Positions 25,901-36,757 of a stretch of 64,000 bases of DNA are shown here, piece after piece. The stretch covers positions 62,001-126,000 of the forward strand of contig JBLWGC010000126.1 in the NCBI GenBank assembly GCA_048772705.1, in the 5' to 3' direction. The first letter of the stretch is position 1, and each line of letters begins with the position of its first letter. Under the pieces are notes generated by a model. The model worked only from the letters and a program-made list of their open reading frames with translations. It searched no databases and had not been told where the DNA came from. The DNA is from Leidyana gryllorum EB-2025a. Lineage: Eukaryota; Protista; Apicomplexa. Position numbers and translations under genes: made by a program.

Positions 25901-26733
25901 CGGATTGTTGGGGAGGTAATCTACATGTTTATGATCTAATCTATCGATACACACGTGTGTCTTCAGCAATTTGCGTCGACGGCAGCGTCATTAACTATCC
26001 AAATGACGATGACAGCCGGCACCGGGATCATCCTGTGGCCTGTCAGTTTGATGCAGTACGCAGGACAACTGGACAATACTTGGATGACTTGCCGGGAGCG
26101 GGCTCAACAGGCCGGGATTTTGTTGGCCGCAGCCCTCAGTGACAAGACTCTCGTCGGTCATCGACCAGTGACACTGATTGGGTATTCGATGGGTTCTAGA
26201 GTGATTAGTTTTGCCCTTCGGGAACTATATAAGCGCGGCGAGTTCAATCGGGTGCAGCACGCCATCCTAATGGGCCTGCCTGGTGGGAAAAGCAAGGATA
26301 ACTGGAAGCAGAAGAGGGCAGTCGTGTCGGGTATGGTGAACGATTGGCAAATGCGATTTCGAATATATTGCCCAACTTTCAGGTCGACTGGTTAATATAT
26401 ATTGCACAAGTGACTGGATTCTGGCTCTGCTGTATCGGTTCATGGAGTGGGGAGTTCAGGTGTGTCATAAAGGCTGCTGGCCCGTGTGTTGAAATCGTGT
26501 TATCAGGTGGCGGGGTTGTCAGCGGTGGAAGGAGTTCCAGGAGTTGAGAATTATGATGCTACCGGACTCGTCATGTGAGTGTGATCGTGATGGTTATTGT
26601 GGACGTCGTGTCTGATAGGTCACACAACGATTACGAGAAGCGTGTTCCGGAATTGTTGTCTTATATAGGTTTTCACTCATCTTTCGTTGAATCAGAGGCG
26701 AATAGAAGATCGACGAAAAGACACAAGGGGTAG
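22909..26733 (+). CDS. DUF726/TMCO4 family protein (alpha/beta hydrolase-like domain with TM helices); multi-exon, 5' exons uncertain
   Basis: LTAGIAAPA, SLFGAGSASLSG, IGISGW, LKWEP, LDNTW...AGILLA, GHRPVTLIGYSMGSRVI and a terminal SHNDY exon. Confidence 0.85.
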
Positions 26734-26745
26734 GAGTTGTTCAGT

Positions 26746-27933
26746 TTACAAAGCTGAAGATACCCGGAGATTGAAGAACGCTGCAGTCCCATTGGCAACG
26801 ACCAAGCTGACGGGAGAAGGCGTGAGAGTCAGTGCGGGTAGAGCGGCCTGCATGACTTCGCGACCGAGGACCTTGACTGGGGAAGCGAAAGAAGAAGGGA
26901 TAAAATGTGACTTCACGCAGTGTATGTCTTACCTATCAATGACCCTTCTGGTCCACTAAAACTGACGCTCAATTCCATCACAAAGTTGGGCGCACAGGCC
27001 ACGACCGACTGTTCACCGATCGTTGTTGGTGTCGCGCTTGCTGTAGGAGAATTATATGACTGATTCGAGCGAGACTTCTCACCTGTGCGTTGCGATTGTA
27101 TTATAACGCGTCCGTCAGAGGCCAGCAGTGCCATGGTGATGAGGCCCTCGACTTCGAAAGCGAACCCAGCGGCGCTGTTCCCCTGCATTACCCTACAATA
27201 CATATATATGCGTGTGTCACCCAGTTTCGGTTGGGTCCTTACACTTGACTTGTGATATCGACCGCATTGCAGGTGATCTTCAGCGGCAGGAAGGTCCCTC
27301 GGGTCCCTCCGATGCCCACCAGACGTTCTCCAGTTAACGCTCGCTGAACGTACCAGTCGTTCGCGTTTTGACGGACCAGTCTACAGTAGAGAGAGGAGGT
27401 TAAAGTGGGAGTGGGTGTGGAGAGAGAGACGGGATGTTCATGATTTGGCGACCACCAGAGATTGACAGAGTGCTTTGTTCTCTTACATTGCTGGATCAGT
27501 GTCGGGCAATCGGCAAGCTTTCTCGATTATTTCCGTGGTATCAGTTGTGTTTGCCAACTGTTGGTCTAACATAGCCTGAAGTTCCTCTTCGGTTGAGGCT
27601 GACTGTTCGGCTAGTGATCTATTGTTGACGTATATCTGATATTCATCCTTAGTGCTGAGAGATTTGGTTGGGGGGCGTTCATAATCATGTTGTGTATCTG
27701 TTTGAAGATTGGGAATCATTGGAACCTGTGTGAGACCTTTAGTGTTGCAGGAGGACGAAAGTGCTTACTTGCCAGTAGGCTGAATTTGTTCCTGGCATTT
27801 TTGATCCCGCATTGCCATACGCTTGACATTTGACCCCTTGACACTCAGTTCGAGTAGTTCGTGTTCCCAGTGGTAGTCTAACTGCCTCAACAACAATGAC
27901 TAGAGTCACCAAGCGCAAATAAGTTCCCAGCAT
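26746..27933 (-). CDS. Hypothetical secreted protein, about 5 exons
   Basis: Signal peptide MLGTYLRLVTLVIVVEA; ORFs 27739-27933, 27483-27719 and 26913-27203 plus small exons joined by GT-AG introns. Confidence 0.6.
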
Positions 27934-27950
27934 GTTTGCTGGAAAAACAG

Positions 27951-28796
27951 ATGCTGCCGCCGTATGTAGGGAGAACAGAGTTCACACGACGCATATTTGC
28001 CCCAAGACTGATTGATTGGGATGGAGCACTGCTGCAAATACACTTGGCACTGACACGTCCACATCGACTTGGTCAGTTGGCCGTTCACCGACTCCACACA
28101 CATGGAAGACTCGCACGAGACGATCCAGGGGTGTTTATACTGTTGTGCCTCTTCAGCGCAATCTCGGGTTTGGCCTATGGATGTGCGTTTGTGGCATCGC
28201 ACACTGCTGTTCTCCGATTTCCCCTATTCTCTACTCTCATTTGGGGGTTCCTGGTATACCCCTTCATTTTGTTGGGCCTAATGTGCTTGGCAATGTCCAC
28301 AGCTCTGTTCTACGGACTGCGGCGATTCGCGCTGGTGGGTAGAAGATCAATCACCGTGGCATTAAGTCGAAGTTTGGCCCCAATTGCTCCTCCGGCCACC
28401 ATGTCAGCCGTTGGTAACGATAAAACTGTCGGCTGGATGTACGCCTTCGATCTCATATGTAATGCCTCAATCCCGGGGCTTTTGGTTCTCTTCTTAGTTC
28501 AGTACTTCTTCTTACCCCTCATACTTCTACATCCACGATCGACGGCCGGAGCAGTCCTTTTGTGCTCCCTGGTCAATCTCGGCCTCCATGGGACTGCTGC
28601 TGTCGCCTTTGTCCACAACTTGGCCTGTGGGCTCTCAGTACTGCCAACCCCGCTACAGAGATCCGCTCCCCTGCTGTTCATTCCTCTGACCCTCTGGATC
28701 GTCCTCCTCCTTCTAATGACGATCTTCCGGGTCAATTTATCGATGATCATTCTCCGGACTGTGTTCGGCTTCCTCTTTGTCTCCCCCAGTCTCTAA
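27951..28796 (+). CDS. UNC50: UNC-50/Gmh1 family Golgi membrane protein, intronless
   Basis: IDWDGALLQI...P.R, ARDDPGVFIL and VGWMYAFDLICNA...VQYFFLP match the UNC-50 pattern. Confidence 0.85.
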   Translation: MLPPYVGRTEFTRRIFAPRLIDWDGALLQIHLALTRPHRLGQLAVHRLHTHGRLARDDPGVFILLCLFSAISGLAYGCAFVASHTAVLRFPLFSTLIWGFLVYPFILLGLMCLAMSTALFYGLRRFALVGRRSITVALSRSLAPIAPPATMSAVGNDKTVGWMYAFDLICNASIPGLLVLFLVQYFFLPLILLHPRSTAGAVLLCSLVNLGLHGTAAVAFVHNLACGLSVLPTPLQRSAPLLFIPLTLWIVLLLLMTIFRVNLSMIILRTVFGFLFVSPSL

Positions 28797-30365
28797 GTTG
28801 GCCGAGATATGGGAACCGTCAACCTCCGCAATTCGATCTTCAAACCGCGTTGTTTCCGAACCAGTTTGGCGACGTCCCGAAGCTCACCCTCCTGAAATCA
28901 AAAGTATGTCAGAAGTACTCATTCGTGGCTAAAATGGGGAGCGATGCGAGAATGAAGAGAGGACACCCGCGTGGCTGGCTGGCTGGCTGGCTCGCTTGGT
29001 GTGTAAGCAGACGCTGTTGGTGTCAAGTTCACGCTCATTAGCGCTCGGAGCTTTCATACAGCGGAGGATCATATCACTGCCAAACTCACCTCAGTTGGTA
29101 GGGTGCCATAATTGATCATGTGTCTGTCATATGCGCGCTTGATAGCCAAATTGACTTCATCGAGCTGTTGCTGAAGCCGTCTGATCTTGGCATCTTTGCG
29201 TTCAATGCTACGCATTCTGACCGCCGCTTGAACCGTCTGAGGATTTTCTTCGAGTCCCGCTCTAATGTAACTTGACAGGGATTCAGATCTCTGGTTTCCA
29301 AGTTTGGTGCGGAAAAAGGCGTCTTGAAAAGCTCACCTCTCTCGAGTTTTTGTTCTGAAGCTGTGGAGACGGAGATGAAGGTCGTTGCTCCGTACGCCGG
29401 CCGGCCCGAGCCCGCAGAATGGTTGGAGACTCCATCTGATGCTGATGGGACTCGCTGTCAGAGTCAGAAGCTGCCATGGTGGCTCGAATGAGATGGCTGG
29501 AGACGCTCGCTGTGGTGTTGGTGACATCGGAGGGAGGTGCTGAGGGTTGGGTGGAGGATGCTTTAGCGACAAACTGATGATCACTACTCGTGTTAGTAGT
29601 CTCTGCTGGGGCGGATCTGGGAGAGTCGACAGCGACAGCCGAGGTTGTAGTATTAGGGTACAGAATGGTAGTGTTGGCTGGCTGAGGGTGGTGTCTATTG
29701 GTGACGGAAGTTGTTCTGGAAGGGCTTCTGGCAATGCTATTGTCCTTGAGAGCCTCAAACAGCATCTCCAATACTTTTCTGTTGCTATTGCGTTCCGTGG
29801 CTAGATCCTCCTCAAGTTTGGCAACTTGCTTGGCTAAAGTTCTCTCGTGCCGTTCGCTCTCTCTCAGCCGCCGTGTCATTGCCAACAGTTCTCGTCGTGC
29901 TTGCTTAAGCAATTTCTCGTGATTCGTACCCGTGTTGTTTGAGTGTCTAACAGATGGGCCAATTTCTGGGGCAGAAATCGGCCACGGAGAGGGCATCTGG
30001 TGGAGTGGGTGATTCGGAGACTGATGGTGTGGTGGTGAGGATGGTACACGAGGGTCTGGACGGATCTCAAGTGGTCTAGCAGGGTTCATCAGAGGCACAG
30101 CTGCTGCTGGCACCTCTAAAGGCCGTAGTTGGTAGTTAGGCCACGAGAACTCAGGCACTGGGGGGTGCCTCAGCTTCTCCAGTTCTTCTCGCTCCTGCCT
30201 GCCAAGCGCAACCGCGCCTGAGAACAACTTGACAGCATCCTCCACGCGCCGTAGCTCTTTGAACTCTTGTATAAGCCCCCTACGCCGCCTAGCTCTGCTC
30301 CTAACCTCCGCTAACGAGTCATCGTCAGAAGAAGTTGAAGAAGGCAGACTCGAGGACGTTGACAT
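28793..30365 (-). CDS. Hypothetical coiled-coil protein with S/T/P-rich regions; 3' exon structure uncertain
   Basis: 369-aa ORF plus spliced exons RSESLSSYIRAG...KIRRLQQQLDEV and EGELRDVAKLVRKQR...PT*. Confidence 0.6.
28972..28992. repeat. (GGCT)n microsatellite
   Basis: tggctggctggctggctggct seen directly. Confidence 0.85.
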
Positions 30366-30424
30366 ACCGGGTGAAGGTGCACTAGAGCACACGACGAAAA
30401 GGGGTGTTTTGAGGGACTTTTCGA

Positions 30425-31620
30425 ATGGCAGGGCAGCGCCACATATGCCCCCGAGCCACGACTATTGAGGAAGCTTTCGGAATATTGTCCGTAATATGGG
30501 TCAGCTCACTAATTCGCACCAACACTATCCATGCACAGGTTTGGCTCTTGATGGGGTCCGTGAACTGGCTGACTTTGATTTACTACTTTGGCCACCCTAA
30601 CACTAAAACAGGAACGGGCAGTTGGTACTATCATCTGCTTGCCAGTGAGCAACTTGTCGTCTAAACCCCTCTGACATCTCTATTCAGACACCAACGGCTT
30701 CATCACCGCCTTCTGCTTGATTCTGTTCGAGACTATTCATGGTCTGGCAATCCTGTCCCATGCCGCAGCCGTCTTGGCAGATCCTGGCTCCCTACAAGCT
30801 TTCAATTGTCCGGTAATCGAAGTTCAGACTATGTTAATTCACTTCAAAATGCCACTGTGGCAGATTAAAGCACCACAAGAAGTGCTAGCCCGAACACATG
30901 GTGAACCGGAATTGCTGATCGGCTCCGACTGTGACAAGTGCGGAGGGCGTTGGAAACCACCACGAGCCCATCACTGTAATCGATGCCGAAAATGCGTTTT
31001 CCGTATGGATCATCATTGTGTCTGGATTCGTAACTGTATAGGACAAGCGAACCAGAAGTATTTCGTATTGTTTCTCATCTATGTCGGTAAGTGAACGAGA
31101 GCCCACTGACGAGTAAACACACGTGTGTTCCACTCTAAATAGTCCTGGGATCGTATTTGGATGTCGCCTTATTCTTCTCACTGTTGGTGCGCACCTGGTG
31201 GGAGGGTTCGGCGACGGTGGGGAAGTCTTTAATAGCGATCGGACTAATAGCGCTATGCCGATTTCTGGGCAACATGGCTCGCAGCAATCTGCAAGACATG
31301 CGCGATGCTTTGATGACAAACTCGACCTTGGTGGAGAGTTATCAAGGCACTCATGGATCAATGACGGACTCGCTGCGGTGGCGACTGGAAGAAGTTTTCG
31401 GTCGGAATGTTTGGGCGTGGTGGTTACCGATCCCTGCACAAGGATTATGTTTGCGTTTCGAAGGTGGGAAGGGTTGTAATGAACAGCTGTCACTTGATAA
31501 ACAGAAATGGTGTGGCGCGATTGCGACAGGAGGCAACACAAGGTATGTACTTGGTCGCACGATGGATGCCACGCAGAGAAGGATTACGCTGCTGCGACTG
31601 GAAGGAATACGGCTAACTAG
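30425..31620 (+). CDS. DHHC palmitoyltransferase; multi-exon, 3' end approximate
   Basis: ADPG, CDKC...KPPRAHHCNRCRKCVFRMDHHCVWIRNCIGQANQKYF, NSTLVE and EVFG...WWLP. Confidence 0.93.
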
Positions 31621-32806
31621 TAGGGGGAGGCGACGCAGTCCACTCCGACTGGTGACTGACGGTTTCAGCAGTGGGTGGGGCATCAAGATGCTTCTTGGAC
31701 GAGGTGCAATACCGACAGACGCACCAGTCATGACAGGGATGAGCCTCGCCAACGGGTCGCTGACACTTGGAGCACGGCCCAATGTCGCGTCCCACGTTGT
31801 GAAAGACGGCACCACAGCCGCCTCGATTTAGATTGCACCTCCACCGGTCCTCATTCTTATAGAAATACATTGGCCGGCGACAATTAGGCATCCGGCACAC
31901 GGGGATAGAGCCGTCTGCAGTGAAGTGCACACGCGACTTGGGAGCAGCCTCGCTATTCACGGGCCGCGGAGTCTTTGTCTTGTTGCTGTCCTCCTTGGGA
32001 TAAGCTCGTGGCGCCCGACCCCAAACCTTCTTTACTGGATTGGGTGAAGATCGCACAGGTCGCGACTGCACCAGCACGGTCCGTGCCTGATCACCCCATG
32101 CCGCGCCTCCCGTCCAGTTTCCTGCATATGGACTCGAAGAACTGCTTGCCTTAGTAGATGGACTTGCTACCTCCGACGTTTCGTTGGCTATAGTGAACTA
32201 CAATGAGCGAGAGTGACATTTGCCAAGGATCTTACTCACTGGAGGTAGTTTTTCCCTTATAACCCGGGGCATTGCGAGGGGTTGAGATGTCCATCTCGAT
32301 GGGTCTTGAGGGAAAAGGGCTTCGCGTAGGAGGTCTTTGGGGGAAATCTCGCGTTCCGCGTGGGTATTCAACGCCCTGATGAAGTCTGTCGGGGACGGTT
32401 TGTCTTCCTCCGACTCCTCTTCACTTGAATTTCGTTTGGCTTCCTCGGTTTTGTGGGCAACTTGCGATGGGGTAGTTGATGCAGGAGGCGTGGTATTCTC
32501 GAATGGAAATAATTCGGCTGGCGTCCTCGGCACATCCTCAATACACCGTACCAACGTAGAGGAAACTACCCGTCGAGGTTCCTCTTCATTGTCTACTTCT
32601 TCGATCAGCAGGTGCGGTCCAGAAGGCATACAGGTCACATGAGCTCCAGAGGCAACATGCAGATCCAGCGTCCATTCCACCACACCATCGTTGCCGGTTT
32701 GAGTCAACCTGAGTCTCTTCTTCGGTTGCCCGGTGGCCGGTGCCGCTGTATATGGGGTAAATGAAGAGGAGCTTGTCGTGGTTGACGAATTTGATGACGA
32801 TGCCAT
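31613..32806 (-). CDS. Hypothetical protein with C-terminal Cys-rich putative zinc-binding domain, 2 exons
   Basis: ORFs 32198-32812 and 31613-32077 are joined in frame by gtgagt...ttgtag; Cys pattern CRMPNC..WRC..C..CSKC..CHDWCVCRYC. Confidence 0.6.
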
Positions 32807-33712
32807 GGTCAATCAGTCATTGAAGGGTAAACTTCTAAGCTTTTTCTGGCCGACAAGCAGTCTTGAGATCAAAAAGTAGAATCTTTAAAGGTCCCACCCT
32901 TAACCGTTGTCAGGCTTCAATCCCACCATCCTGCTGCCGGTCTTATACCCTGCCCAATCAGCCCTACCCTCCCCTCTACCTCCCCTAGCTGCTCACAAAC
33001 ACCTGGCCTCTTGCTCTCAAATTTTCAGCAGCTCCTCGGGAAATCTACATCCAGTTCGTCGGGGGTGCTGATACCGTCCATTGCACTTGTGCTTGCCAAC
33101 GAAACACGAAAATGCACATTCCAAACACAACTTGTGTTCGGGAGCGAAACAGACTGATCGTCCCCAGATCGGCGTATGACACCCTCCGATAACTGCCCTG
33201 GACTTTCAGTCAACTACATGTCGTCGGAAAACAGCACTGGGTGGTCTTCCTTGCGTCAATGTCATGACCTCGACCAAATCCGCGTCAAGTGTGTGTAGAA
33301 TGGATATGTTCGAAAACTTTAGATATTTGGCCAAAAGACTAACGGCAATCCCTAAACGGGTCAGCCAGCAAACGGAACGGACATGTGTTGGTACTCAGTG
33401 TGTGCTATGTGTGTGCAGAAAGCATTGGTTGGATGGGTGAGGATTGTCTTTCTCAAGTCCACTGCCATTGCGATGATAACCCGACGACCAGATAAGCAGC
33501 GCAGGTATTTTGGCAGAAGAATGAGTCCCACTGTCTGTGTCCTGGAGTCTTTAACATCAAATTGAGACGTCAGGGCTAAATAATTCTATAGCCTCGCCAT
33601 TTCATCTGGCATCCTGAAGTCGTCTTCCTCTTAAGATATACATAGTCAGTCTCTTACTTTCCCAATGACTGAAAAGGGGCTCAATATACTTTGCTGCCTG
33701 ATGAAAGGCGGT

Positions 33713-35353
33713 TCAATAAATACGCGCTGGAACATTAATAACAGCCTTATTGTTCTCAGCAAGGGAGTCGCTACTGCAGTCCACCCAATCGTCTCTGGAA
33801 GTCAATTGAGAGGAGTGGTCTGAGCTTCTGTCAGTATGCATATGATCCCAACTGTGTGTGTGACACATTGTGTTGACGTTTGCATACCAATGGCCGGTTG
33901 CAACGGGTAAGGGGGGTGGCGGCGCCAACTTATCCGCTGCATAAGGCTCACATTCCACCAGAGGCAAGGCAGAAACGGGAGCCCATTGATTCAACCACAT
34001 TAGTCCGCGCTCTTGAAGGTTCCGGTGAAACCACTGGTGGCTGATATCAAGTTGGCCGACTTGATAGCGGCCCGCCAAGTGAGTTTTGAGTTGGGATGGG
34101 AGTGATGCCCGGAGTCGCGAGTACCACTTTACAAAAGTTTGGAGGCGGGCAGGAGTGAGGCGGCCGATCGGTTCCCCTGTTTGTCGGGAATCCTTCAAAA
34201 TGGTGACGTAATGCCTTGTGAAGGGATTGTATACTAGGTTCGGGGTTACTGCGAGCTGCGGGTTCAACTTCAAGGTACCTATGGCAATTCGTACATCTTC
34301 CCAAGTTTCAGATTTGGGCTCGCCCAGCACCATTTCCTCGATAGCTTGATCCCATGGGTAGTGCCAACAGAGGGTGCTGAGGGGGATTATACGCAATTTG
34401 TGGTTGTACTGTTGATGTAAGGTCCAAAAGTACTCGTAGTAGCGGTAGACCTCCCTGACGTTCCGGAAAATTGCCTCCACGAACATGAATTGACAACCCA
34501 TCACGACAGGTATACGAAATCGCGACAATTGCCAGGCCAGATTACGAGCTCCTCTGCGAACCGTCATAATCCGGAGCACAGAGCCATCATCAGTACCCGA
34601 TACTTGCCAAGGGTACCGAGCATCTGGCACATACTCCACGAAGTGGTTGACTCCTACCGATGACGACGATGCCTCAAACGCGTCCTCCTGTGCCTCCTTG
34701 ACTTGGTAATACGTTTTGTCTGGAAAATCAGCCCAACGTAAGTAACGACGAAGGACCTCTCGCCAAGTGTTGAAGTCCATCTCAACGAATTTCAGCTTGT
34801 TTGAAGATCCGAAGACGTCAAAGTCTAACCCTTGGCCAGCGATCCGACTGTTACCGCTGTCTGCAAAATACTCTTCCAGATTTGGGAGTTTGACTCCATC
34901 AACAAATCTGGATCCCAGGTCGCCAAAACACAAAATATCGTCCTTGTGCTCTTGTATCACCTCCTGAGCAATCTTATTGAGCTTTGCCGCACCACCACAC
35001 TTCACAAATGTATGAATTGGACGCTCTATGTTCGACGCCCAGAGTTCCCGCCAGTCACAGGCATTACGTACGAATGCAGGTGCCATTGCGCACCGGAGAC
35101 GTGGCATGATTGCATTGTTTATGCACAGATATTCTTCCGAGGAACAGGTGGTGGTGGTAATCGCTCCTTTTGCATCGTCCTCTGCCTCGGGTGGCTGTGC
35201 AAGAACTAAAGGAGCGAGATTAAGTCCTGGAGGAATGTTTGTGAAGTCTTGAGTATGATACAAACGCTTGTACATTGCAGAGTCAGATGTGATTCCGTTC
35301 CCGCCCAAGGTGTGTGCTACGGCCGCGCGCACACACGCGGGAACCACGGACAT
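33713..35353 (-). CDS. Hypothetical intronless protein of about 546 aa, possible nucleotidyltransferase fold
   Basis: Long uninterrupted ORF of normal complexity with FVKCGGAA...GLDFDVF motifs; the frame stays open upstream to about 35555. Confidence 0.65.
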   Translation of the reverse strand: MSVVPACVRAAVAHTLGGNGITSDSAMYKRLYHTQDFTNIPPGLNLAPLVLAQPPEAEDDAKGAITTTTCSSEEYLCINNAIMPRLRCAMAPAFVRNACDWRELWASNIERPIHTFVKCGGAAKLNKIAQEVIQEHKDDILCFGDLGSRFVDGVKLPNLEEYFADSGNSRIAGQGLDFDVFGSSNKLKFVEMDFNTWREVLRRYLRWADFPDKTYYQVKEAQEDAFEASSSSVGVNHFVEYVPDARYPWQVSGTDDGSVLRIMTVRRGARNLAWQLSRFRIPVVMGCQFMFVEAIFRNVREVYRYYEYFWTLHQQYNHKLRIIPLSTLCWHYPWDQAIEEMVLGEPKSETWEDVRIAIGTLKLNPQLAVTPNLVYNPFTRHYVTILKDSRQTGEPIGRLTPARLQTFVKWYSRLRASLPSQLKTHLAGRYQVGQLDISHQWFHRNLQERGLMWLNQWAPVSALPLVECEPYAADKLAPPPPLPVATGHWYANVNTMCHTHSWDHMHTDRSSDHSSQLTSRDDWVDCSSDSLAENNKAVINVPARIY

Positions 35354-35675
35354 GAACAGTGCACGCACTTCCCGGATCTTTGGTTCCCAGGCTTCGAATT
35401 GAGCACTATCCCTGATAACGTCGTATGAAGCACTCAGTCCATGAATCAGGTGCGAGAATAGGGAGGGGTAGCGAAGGATGCCTTTGAAGACGCGGAAACG
35501 GCGCCTGGGACGCCTGGTTTGAACCTTTCGACCAGTCAGTTCCCTTCTAGAGGGCTACTTGAATCCACATGAAAGGACCAAGCTCATCACTTTAGATCTT
35601 CAGATCGGCCAGGTCATCCAGTCGCTGGTGGGAGATCAGGGGTGAGGAGGACTGAGGGTAAGCTATGAAGAGGGC

Positions 35676-36551
35676 CTACCAATAGGGTATGTGGGAAGTA
35701 CTGGCGAGGTGTCGCCGGTGCTCTCGAGGGTGAGAATGTTGAGGCAGCGGGATGCAGGCCAAGCTTCCATAGAGCTCAATAGGTCCAAAAGGCTGAAGGC
35801 CCTCCCGCAAAGCTAGTAGTTGTTGATACATCTTCTCCAGTTCGCATGGACAGACCGCAGCGCGTCTGCATGGAATGGAGAACATCAAACTGATCTTCTT
35901 GATCTCCTCAATCTCAGGACGACTGTCAAGAGAGTTCTCGAACGAGTAGTCGTTGACATTGTCCAGCTCCTCGCTTCCGAGGGCTATGGGGTCGCACAAA
36001 ACAGTCCAGCTGGTGGCGCGGCTAGTGGCTCCCACTGTGAGAGTTCTCACATAACCTGCTCCATACACAGCATGTTCAAGTTCAGGTGTAAAAAGCGTGA
36101 TGTTCGGGGGGGATGTTGTCCTCCAGTACAAGTTCTTCAGACTTGGGAACTCTACTACAATAGTTTTAGTCAAAACCACGTCCTCGTTTTGATCGATCCA
36201 CAAGCGCTCCAGCGATTGCGGTGGATGCGCAAACAGCTTGCGGAAAATGTCCTCCAGCTCCGGCTCTCGCTCGCCTTCAGTATGGCCGAAGCTTATGGCC
36301 AGCGAGCGGACTTGAGACAAAGAACGCTTCCACCAAGCCCTGCACCACTTTGCCGCTCCGTAAAAGGCGCGCCACTGGGCACTGCAGCCCAGAACCATGT
36401 ATCGAGTGGTCAACTCTTTCTCTATGAAGCGCAGATGGCTGTGGGATAGCCTTCGGAGTGGAGCTATCTCCAGTATTCCGAGAAAATCCCAGATAGGTTG
36501 GGTCAACGGCGAAACGCCGATACCAGGCTTACCATAGGCCTCGATCGACAT
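35676..36551 (-). CDS. Hypothetical protein, possible F-box plus LRR-like repeats
   Basis: N-terminal QPIWDFLGILEIAPLRRLS resembles an F-box; repeats VRSLAI, LERLWI, PSLKNLYW and VRTLTV. Confidence 0.5.
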   Translation of the reverse strand: MSIEAYGKPGIGVSPLTQPIWDFLGILEIAPLRRLSHSHLRFIEKELTTRYMVLGCSAQWRAFYGAAKWCRAWWKRSLSQVRSLAISFGHTEGEREPELEDIFRKLFAHPPQSLERLWIDQNEDVVLTKTIVVEFPSLKNLYWRTTSPPNITLFTPELEHAVYGAGYVRTLTVGATSRATSWTVLCDPIALGSEELDNVNDYSFENSLDSRPEIEEIKKISLMFSIPCRRAAVCPCELEKMYQQLLALREGLQPFGPIELYGSLACIPLPQHSHPREHRRHLASTSHIPYW

Positions 36552-36757
36552 AGCCACTTTCCCTAATATGGGCTTGCGGTATTGTGAGAAGAAAAGTACT
36601 TAATTCTACCCAAGATTGTGACTTATATTTGTGACATACACTGCGAACCCTCTAGTCAGAGTCACTCTTTCTCAAGTTCAACCATTCCACATTGGTACCA
36701 CAACCTGACAACAAAAAACATCTAGTCAAATTTTCAGGCCTCCCCACCCTTCCTGAC

